From: Scyliorhinus canicula | Taxonomy: Eukaryota | Direction of reading: 5' to 3' | NCBI RefSeq assembly: GCF_902713615.1 | Contig: NW_024055843.1 | Span: 332,200 to 396,199, forward strand | Length of the DNA: 64,000 bases | Part shown: piece after piece, positions 55,555 to 64,000 of the stretch | How positions within the stretch are numbered: position 1 is the stretch's first letter | Layout: each line of letters opens with the position of its first letter | The notes under the pieces: generated by a model | Seen by the model: the letters and a program-made list of their open reading frames with translations, nothing else | What the model was told of the DNA's origin: nothing | Databases searched by the model: none | Made by a program: the position numbers and the translations under genes

Positions 55555-55890
55555 GACCATTCAGTGATTCAGTCCCAATTGTCAGTGTGTTTCTATGGGT
55601 CGTTCCACTGCACTCTGGGGTGTAGCTGCCTCTGTAACTGTGACCATTCAGTGATTCAGTTCCAATTGTCAGTGTGTTTCTCTGGGTGGTTCCACTGCAC
55701 TCTGGGGTGTAGCTGTCTCTGTAACTGTGACCATTCAGTGATTCAGTTCCAATTGTCAGTGTGTTTCTCTGTGTGGTTCCACTGCACTCTGGGACGTAGC
55801 TGTATCTGTAACTGTGACCATTCAGTGATTCAGTTCCAATTGTCAATGTGTTTCTCTGGGTGGTTCCACTGCACTCTGGGGTGTAGCTGC
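55555..55890. repeat. 87-bp tandem repeat, about 4 copies, upstream of GPCR ATG
   Basis: gaccattcag starts at 55555, 55642, 55729, 55816. Confidence 0.9.
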
Positions 55891-56199
55891 CTCAATCTGA
55901 GACCATTCCTTTATTTGATGTCAGTATGTTCTGTCTGAGCATAAGTAGCAAATTTCAATGTCTCCAAAATCTGGAACTTTCAAAGCACAAAATATGTGAT
56001 CCCATATCTAAATCTGATTCAGCCCCTCAAACTAAGAAAATATTTAGAATCATTGGAACCTCAGAAAACTCAAAGGCTGCAGCACATTCAAACTCAGCAC
56101 CTCAGAGAGCAGCATTAAACATATACAGCTGTGAAAACTAATACCCCGTCTCTAACCGGCCGACCATCTGATACACAGACTTACACTGGGAGAGGGGCG

Positions 56200-59150
56200 G
56201 GATGAGATGTGGAGGAAGAGAGAACTGGTCTGTGAGTTGCGCTGATAGAAGACAGGGTGAGAGAGAGGGTGGGAGGAGATGGAATGGTAGAGAAAGTGGG
56301 TGGGAGAAATAAAGGATAAAACGAGAGAAGAAGGTAGATTGTCTGAGAGAATGGGAAGCAGAGAGTGGAGAGCGAGTGGGTGAGTGGATGATGGAGGCAG
56401 AGTGTGTGAGAAGGATGGTGTATAAAATACTAACATAATCTTAGACATAAGGAAAGGAGAGAGCGACTGAGTGACTGAGGGAGTGGGAGAGGGAAAGATT
56501 GTGAGAGAAAGTATGAGGGGGAGAGAGTCTGAGAGAATGTGTGAGAGAGAGAAAGTGTGAGAGAGGGTAAGTGTGAGAGGGGGAAAGAGAGTGAGAGAAC
56601 GTGTCAGTGAGGGAGTTGTGTGAGAGGGAGGGAGGCATGGAGGGATAGAGATATAGGGATGGAGAGAGTGTGAGAGAGGAACAGAGTGTGAAAGTGTCTA
56701 ACGGAGATGTGCGAGAGGAAGGGAGGCATGGAGGAAGAGAGAGAGGGAGGGGAGAGTGTGAGAGAGGGACTGAGTGTGAGAGGAAGTGTGTAAAGGAGGT
56801 GTGAGAGAGGGAGGGATGCAGGGAGGGAGAGAGAGGGAGGGGAGAGTGTGAGAGAAGGACAGAATGTGAGAGAGAGGTAAGTGGAAATGTGTCAGAGAGA
56901 ATGGGAGAGTGGGAGTGAGTATCAATGAAGAAGAAAGTATGAGAGAGGCAGGAATTTGAGAGAGGGTGTGAGAGATGGAGTGTGAGAGATGGAAGGAGTG
57001 TGAGAGAGGGAGGGGGTGTGAGAGATGGATGGAGTGTGAGAGAGGGAGAGAGTGTGAGAAAGGGAGAGTGAGTGAGACAGGGAGAGTGTGTTAGACCGGG
57101 AAATAGTGTGAGAGAAGGAGAGAGTCTGAGAGGGAGACAGAGTGGCAGAGAGGGAGAGAGTGGGAGAGAGGGAGGGTGAGTGAGGTAGAAAATGTGTCAG
57201 AGGGAGAGAGTGTGAGAGGGGAGAGTGTGAGAGAGGGTGAGAGTGCAAGAGAGGGAGTGAGTACAAGAGAGAGAGAGAGAGCGAAAGGGGAGAGAGCAAG
57301 AGAGTGCGAGAGAGGGTTAGAGTGTGCGAAAGGGACAGAGTGTGAGAGAGGGAGGGTGTGAGAGAGAAGAAGGGTGTGTTAGAGGGTTAGAGTGTGAGAG
57401 AGGGAGGGAGTGTGAGAGAAGGAGAGGGTGTGAGAGAGGGGACAGAGTGTGAGAGAAAGAGAGGGTGTGAGAGAGGGAGAGTGTGAGAGAGGGTTAGAGT
57501 GCGCGAGAGGGACAGTGTGAGAGGGAGAGTGTGTGAGAGAGGTAGAGAGTGTGCGAGAGGGAGAGAGTGTGAGAGAGGGAGGGTGAGAGAGGGAGGGTGA
57601 GAGACAGTTCTGAGAGAGTGAGACACTGTGAGAGGGGGGAGTGTGAGAGATGGAGAGAGCGTGAGAGAGGGAGAGAGTGTAAGAGAGGGAGGGTGAGAGA
57701 GGGAGGGTGAGAGAGAGTTCTGAGAGAGGGAGACACTGTGAGAGAGGGGGAGTGTGAGAGACGGAGAGAGTGTGAGAGAGGGAGACAGTGTGAGAGAGGG
57801 AGAGAGTGTGGGAGAGGGAGAGAGTCTGAGAGCGGGAGAGAGTGTGAGAGTGGGAGAGAGTGTGAGAGAGGGAGACACTGTGAGAGAGGGGGAGTGTGAG
57901 AGACGGAGAGTGAGAGAGGGAGACAGTGCGAGAGAGGGAGAGAGTGTGGGAGAGGGAGAGAGTCTGAGAGCGGGAGAGAGTGTGAGAGTGGGAGAGAGTG
58001 TGAGAGAGGGAGACACTGTGAGAGAGGGGGAGTGTGAGAGACGGAGAGAGTGTGAGAGAGGGAGACAGTGTGAGAGAGGGAGAGAGTGTGGGAGAGGGAG
58101 AGAGTGTGAGAGAGGGAGAGTGTGAGAGAGGGTTAGAGTGCGCGAGAGGGACAGTGTGAGAGAGGGAGGGAGTGTGAGAGAAGGAGAGGGTGTGAGAGAG
58201 GGGACAGAGTGTGAGAGAAAGAGAGGGTGTGAGAGAGGGAGAGTGTGAGAGAGGGTTAGAGTGCGCGAGAGGGACAGTGTGAGAGAGGGAGAGTGTGTGA
58301 GAGAGGTAGAGAGTGTGCGAGAGGGAGAGAGTGTGAGAGAGGGAGGGTGAGAGAGGGAGGGTGAGAGAGAGTTCTGAGAGAGAGAGACACTGTGAGAGGG
58401 GGGAGTGTGAGAGATGGAGAGAGCGTGAGAGAGGGAGAGAGTGTAAGAGAGGGAGGGTGAGAGAGGGAGGGTGAGAGAGAGTTCTGAGAGAGGGAGACAC
58501 TGTGAGAGGGGGGAGTGTGAGAGATGGAGAGAGCGTGAGAGAGGGAGAGAGTGTAAGAGAGGGGGAGTGTGAGAGACGGAGAGAGTGTGAGAGGGAGACA
58601 GTGTGAGAGAGGGAGAGAGTGTGGGAGAGGGAGAGAGTCTGAGAGCGGGAGAGAGTGTGAGAGTGGGAGAGAGTGTGAGAGAGGGAGACACTGTGAGAGA
58701 GGGGGAGTGTGAGAGACGGAGAGAGTGTGAGAGAGGGAGACAGTGTGAGAGAGGGAGAGAGTGTGGGAGAGGGAGAGAGTCTGAGAGCGGGAGAGAGTGT
58801 GAGAGCGGGAGAGAGGGTGAGAGAGGGAGACATTGTGGGAGAGGGGGAGAGTGTGAGAGAGGGAGACAGTGTGGGAGAGGGAGAGAGTGTGGGAGAGGGA
58901 GAGAGTGTGAGAGAGGGAGACAGTGTGGGAGAGGGAGAGAGTGTGAGAGAGGGAGAGAGTGTGAGAGTGGGAGTGTGAGAGAAGGAGACACTGTGGGAAA
59001 GGGGGAGAGTGTGAGAGGGGGAGGGATTGTTGAGATGGAGAGAGTGTGAGCGAGGGAGAGAGCGTGGGAGAGGGATAGCGTGAGAGAGCGAGGATGAGAA
59101 AGGGAGAGAGTGTGAGAGAGTGAGAGAGTGCAAGGGAGAGATATAGTGTG
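56200..59150. repeat. GA-rich satellite (about 18-bp gtgtgagagagggagaga core with higher-order repeats)
   Basis: About 3 kb of purine-rich tandem sequence. Confidence 0.95.
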
Positions 59151-60156
59151 AGGGAGTGTGCTTGGAGATATGGGGAACTGGGTTTGATGTGCAAAACACA
59201 ATACGGATTTAGAAATTTGCTGAGTAAACAAACTTGTTCCTAAATTATAAAATCAGATACTGGATCAAGTAAATATCCTTCATGCAGTATTCCACTATTT
59301 AAGTTGTGAATAATTGACAGTGTGATAGGTCGGTTATTGTGCAGAGCTGGAATAGAACTTGTCTTCCCCAGTGAGAGGCCAGAAAGCAAACACGTGGCAC
59401 AGCCGCTTTTAACAATAATTGCAATGCAACCTCAAAAAAGCTACACCTCCCTCTAATTATGAAATGTGCGTCAGTTATTATTGGGTGCAACACAGATGTT
59501 TTCAATATGAAAAGCACAGGCAGCGCCCAGGGTCAGGTAGATTGGACTGACAATGAAGTTGATGCTGTGAAGTAACCAGTCAGCTAAAGCGGACGCTGAG
59601 TTCACACATGGACACAGTGAATAGAAAGGATGACAGTGAGAATACTGGCGGTGGTGGGGAACTTGCAGGGAACCTGCAGGTATTGGTCCACATTCTCTCA
59701 CAGCCAGACGACATCCAAAGCCTGAAAAGTGCGTGAAGTACCGAAGGAGAACATTCATTCCGTTTGACCTCAGCCTCTCTATAGATCAGCAGACCATTCT
59801 ATCCGACTGGGGCGCCCTTTCCCTGGAGAGCTACATTTGATTTCTGTCACTCCTACCATTCCCTGTGAAACCACTGTTGTATCTGCCTGCACCAGTGTCC
59901 CAGGCCGTGCAGACCAGATCAGAACCATTCGCTGTGTGAATGGTTTAGAAGCATTTTCCCCTTCGGAATGATTGGATTGGTTGGCGCTGGGTTATTGGCA
60001 ATAAAAGACGATGATGTGAGATTCGTTCCACACCTTTAAGATTGTATAAATTTTGGGTAATCTGGATATAAATGAACTGTTTCATGAACAATATAAATAT
60101 ATGTTGGAATGATGTAACTTAAGTATATTATCATACAGCTATGTTCGGCAGAACCC

Positions 60157-63100
60157 GAGACACTACACGTGTAGTGTCTCCCACCCGCCCTCCTCCTCTA
60201 ACCAAAAAAGAAAGACTGGTGATAAGGAGCAGCGGCTTTCAGATTCTCGGCGGGAGCAGTGGTCAGGGGTCTGTCGGGAAGGTAAGTTTACCTCTTTAAA
60301 AACTTTAAAAACTGACCCTGAAGAGTGCCATCACAGCAAAGCAGTGACCTGATTGGCCGGTAAGGAAAGTGCTCCAATTAGCAGTAGGTGGGAGAAATGT
60401 AACTCTTCGTGTGTTGGTAAGTATTATGATTGGTAAGTAAAATCGTTATTCCTTTCACTAATTCATTATTTGATATTATATTTGTAATCAGTTAAGGTAA
60501 AGTGTAAAAATGGCAGGAGATCCCAGACCCGTGTTATGCTCCTCATGCTCAATGTGGGAGTTCAGGGACGCGGCCGATGCCCCTGACCCCTTCATGTGCA
60601 CGAAATGTGTCCAGCTGCAGCGCCTCTTAGACCGCATAACGGCTCTGGAGCTGCGGATGGACTCACTTTGGAGCATCTGCGATGCTGAGGAGGTCGTGGA
60701 CAGCACGTTCAGTGAGTTGGTCACACCGCAGATTAGGATTGGTAAGGTAGACAGGGAATGGGTGACCAAAAGGCAGAGAAAGAGCAGGAAGGCAGTTCAC
60801 GTGTCCCCTGTGGTCATCTCCCTCCAAAACAGGTATACCGTTTTGGATACTGTTGGGGGAGATATCTCACCAGGGGAATGCAGTAGTTGCCAGGCTCATG
60901 GCACCGTGGCTGGCTCTGCTGCACAGAAGGGCGGGAAAAAGAATGGCAGGACTATAGTCATAGGGGATTCAGTCGTAACATGAGTAGACAGGCGTTTCTG
61001 TGGTCGAAAATGAGACTCCCGAATGGTATGTTGCCTCCCGGGTGCACGGGTCAGGGATGTCTCAGATCGGCTGCAGGATATACTGAAGGGGGAGGGTGAA
61101 CAGTCAGTTGTCATGATGCATATAGGCACCAACGATATTGATAAAAAGTGGAATGAGGAACTACAATCAGAATTTAGGGAGTTAGGAGATAAATTAAAAA
61201 GTAGGACCCCAAAGGTAGTAATCTCAGGATTGCTACCAGTGCCACAAGACAGTCAGAGTAGAAATTCAAGAATAGTCAGAATGAATACGTGGCTTGAGAG
61301 ATGGTGCAGGAGGGAGGGGTTCAGATTTTTGGGACATTGGAACCGGTTCTGGGGGTGGTGGGACCATTACAAACCGGATGGTCTACACCTGGGCAGGACT
61401 GGAACCAATGTCTTGGGGGTGTTTTTGCTAACACTGCTGGGGAGGTTTTAAACTAATGTGGCAGGGGGATGGGAACCAGATTAGGAAGTTAGAGGTCAGT
61501 AAAGAGGCAGCAACTAAAGCCAGTAAGGTACTAGATAATAAACGCAGGTGGCTAAAGGGAAATGTAGACAGGGAAGAGATGATGAGCACAAAGGGACAGG
61601 TGGTCTGACGTGCATTTGTTTTAATGCGAGAAGTGTAGCAGGTAAGGCAGATGAATTTAGGGCTTGGATCAGTACCTGGGAATATGATGTTATTTGTATT
61701 ACTGAGACTTGGTTGAGGGAAGGGCAGGACTGGCAACTGAATATCCCAGGGTATAGATGCTTCAGGAGGGATAGAGAGGGAGGTAGAAGGGGGTGGAGAA
61801 GTTGCATTACTAGTCAGAGATGACATAACAGTTGTGATTAAGGAGGGCACGGTGGAGGTTTCGAGCAGTGAGGCAATATGGATAGAGCTAAGAAATAGGA
61901 AGGGTGTAGTAACATTGTTGGGACTTTACTACAGGCCTCCCAAAAGCGAGCATGAAGTAGATGTACAACTATGCAGACAGATTATAGAAAAATGTAGGAG
62001 CACTGGGGTGGTTGTGATGGGAGATTTTAACTTCCCCAACATTGAATGGGACTCGTGTAGTGTTGGAGGTGTAGAAGGAGCAGAGTTTGTAAGGAGCATC
62101 CAGGAGAGTTTTTTTTAGAGCAGTATGTAAATAGTCCAACTCGGGAAGGGGCCATACTGGACCTAGTATTGGGGATTGATCCCGGCCAGGTGGTTGAAGT
62201 TTCCGTCGGTGATTACTTTGGGAATAGCGATCACAATTCTGTAAGTTTTAGAACACTCATGGACAAAGCAGAGAGTGGTCCTAAAGGAAGAGTGATAAAT
62301 TGGGGAAAGGGAAAGGATGAAAATGGATAAATTCGGCAGGAGCTAGGGAATGTGCACTGGGAGCAGCTCTTTAAGGCTAAATCCACATTTGAAATGTGGG
62401 AGTCTTTTAAGGAAAGGTTGATTAGAGTGCAGGACAGACATGTCCCTGTGAAAATGAGGGATAGAAATGGCAAGATTAGGGAACCGTGGATGACGGGTAG
62501 AATTGTGACACTAGCTAACATGAAAAAGGAAGCATACATAAGATCGAGGCAACTCAAAACTGCTGAAGCTTTGGACGAGTAGGAGAGTAGGACGAATCTC
62601 AAACGTGCAATAAAGAGTGCTAAAAGGGGTCATGAAACATCTTTGGCTAACAGGGTTAAGGAAAATCCCAAAGCCTTTTATCCGTGTATAAGGAGCAAGA
62701 GGGTAACTAGAGAAAGGATTGGCCCACTCAAAGACAAAAGAGGGAATTTATGAGTGGAGTCAGAAGAAATGGGTGAGATTCTTAATAAGTACTTTGCATC
62801 GGTATTCACCAAGGAGAGGGACATGACGGATGTTGAGGCTAGGGATGGATGTTTAAATACTCTAGGTCAAGTCGTCATAAGGAAGGGGGACGGTTTGGGT
62901 AATCTAAAAGGCATTAGGGTGGACAAGTCCCCAGGACCGGATGGGATCTATCCCAGGTTACTGAGGGAAACGAGGGACGAAATAGCTTGGGCCTTAACAG
63001 ATATCTTTGCAGCATTCTTGAGCACGGGTGAGGTCCTGGCGGACTGGAGAATTGCTAATGTTATCCCTTTGTTTAAGAAGGGTAACAGGGATAATCCAGG

Positions 63101-64000
63101 GAATTATAGACCTTCGAGCTTGACGTCAGTGGTAGGCAAACTGTTAGAGAAGATACTGATGGATAGGATCGATTCACATTTGGAAGAAAATAGACTTATC
63201 AGTGATAGGCAACATGGTTTTGTGCAGGGAAGGGCATGTATTACTAACCTAATAGAATTCTTTGAAGAAGTGACAAAGTTGATTGATGAGGGAAGGGCTG
63301 CAGATGTCATATACATGGACTTCAATAAGGCGTTTGATAAAGTTTCCCATGGCAGGTTGATGGAAAAAGTGAAGTCGTATGGGGTTCAGGGTCTACTAGC
63401 TATATGGATAAAGACTTGGAGACAGGAGACAGAGAGTAGTGGTGGAAGGGAGTGCCTCAAAATGGAGGAAGGTGACTAGTGGTGTTCCACAGGGATCCCT
63501 GCTCGGACCACTATTGTTTGTGATGTACATAAATGATCTGGAAGAAGGTATAGGTAGTCTGATTAGCAAGTTTGCAGATGATACTAAGATTGGTGGAGTT
63601 GCAGATAGCGAGGGGGGCTGTCAGAGAATACTGCAAAATATAGATAGATTGGAGAGTTGGGCAGAGAAATGGCAGATGGAGTTCAATCCAGGCAAATGCG
63701 AGGTGATGCATTTCGGAAGATCTAATTCAAGAGCGGGCTATATGGTCAATGGAAGAGTCCTGGGGAAAATTGATGTACAGAGAGATCTGGGAGTTCAGGG
63801 CCATTGTACCCTGAAGGTGGCAACGCAGGTGATGCAGTGGTCAAGAAGGCATACAGCATGCTTTCCTTCATCGGACGGGGTATGGAGTACAAGAGTCGGC
63901 AGGTCATGTTACAGTTGTTTAGGATTTTGGTTAGGCCACATTTGGAATACTGCGTGCAGTTCTGGTCGCTACATTACCAGAAGGATGTGGATTCTGTAGA
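60157..64000 (+). mobile_element. CR1-clade LINE with 5' end (ORF1 about 60510-61450, ORF2 from about 61590), running off the window; inactivated
   Basis: ORF1 LCSSC..CTKC zinc-finger-like plus esterase (HIGTNDI, DGLHL). ORF2 FNARS, ETWL, GDFN, GVPQGS, FADD with stops and frameshifts. Confidence 0.93.

Noticed and set aside
50302-55890. CRISPR-like arrays (39-, 83-, 87-bp repeats)
   Set aside because: Head-to-tail tandem repeats without unique spacers, in a vertebrate context with no cas genes.
57379-59231. 606-aa and 614-aa minus-strand ORFs and the other ORFs in 56.1-59.2 kb
   Set aside because: Translations of the GA satellite (S/L/H/T/P low complexity). The repeat simply lacks stop codons.
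59320-59660. Possible V relic beyond the GPCR (SVRFS*LVT, EDKFYSSSAQ, CACACTG on minus strand)
   Set aside because: No W41 motif, many stops and no nonamer at 23 bp. Similarity is at chance level without an HMM search.

Overview
Vertebrate genomic DNA from a cartilaginous fish. HE1-type SINEs, their partner CR1/HER1-type LINEs and a tRNA-derived SINE with a (CATTT)n tail suggest a catshark-like species (inference). Bases 1-36.8 kb are part of a T-cell receptor alpha/delta-type V-gene array. It has 11 clearly defined V segments in both orientations, each with a 23-bp-spacer RSS (intact or damaged), plus about 8 decayed relics. Two segments look functional (8772-9255, 18464-19354). Two are open but atypical (3339-3853, 22504-22886). 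The rest are pseudogenes. No D, J, C or 12-RSS segment was seen. From 16.5 to 43.2 kb the V array is interleaved with 17 tRNA-derived loci (Val, Arg, Asn, Thr, Pro). Many were co-duplicated with V pseudogenes in inverted segmental repeats. They include three tRNA-Pro(TGG) copies with an 18-nt intron at the canonical 37/38 position and one Val/Pro chimeric tRNA at a rearrangement junction. After a near full-length CR1 and a solo LTR come minisatellites, a two-exon GPR139/142-like GPCR gene (minus strand), two VNTRs, a 3-kb GA satellite and a second CR1. There is a 535-N assembly gap at 13879-14413. All calls are by eye; no database search or tRNA/RSS scoring was run.
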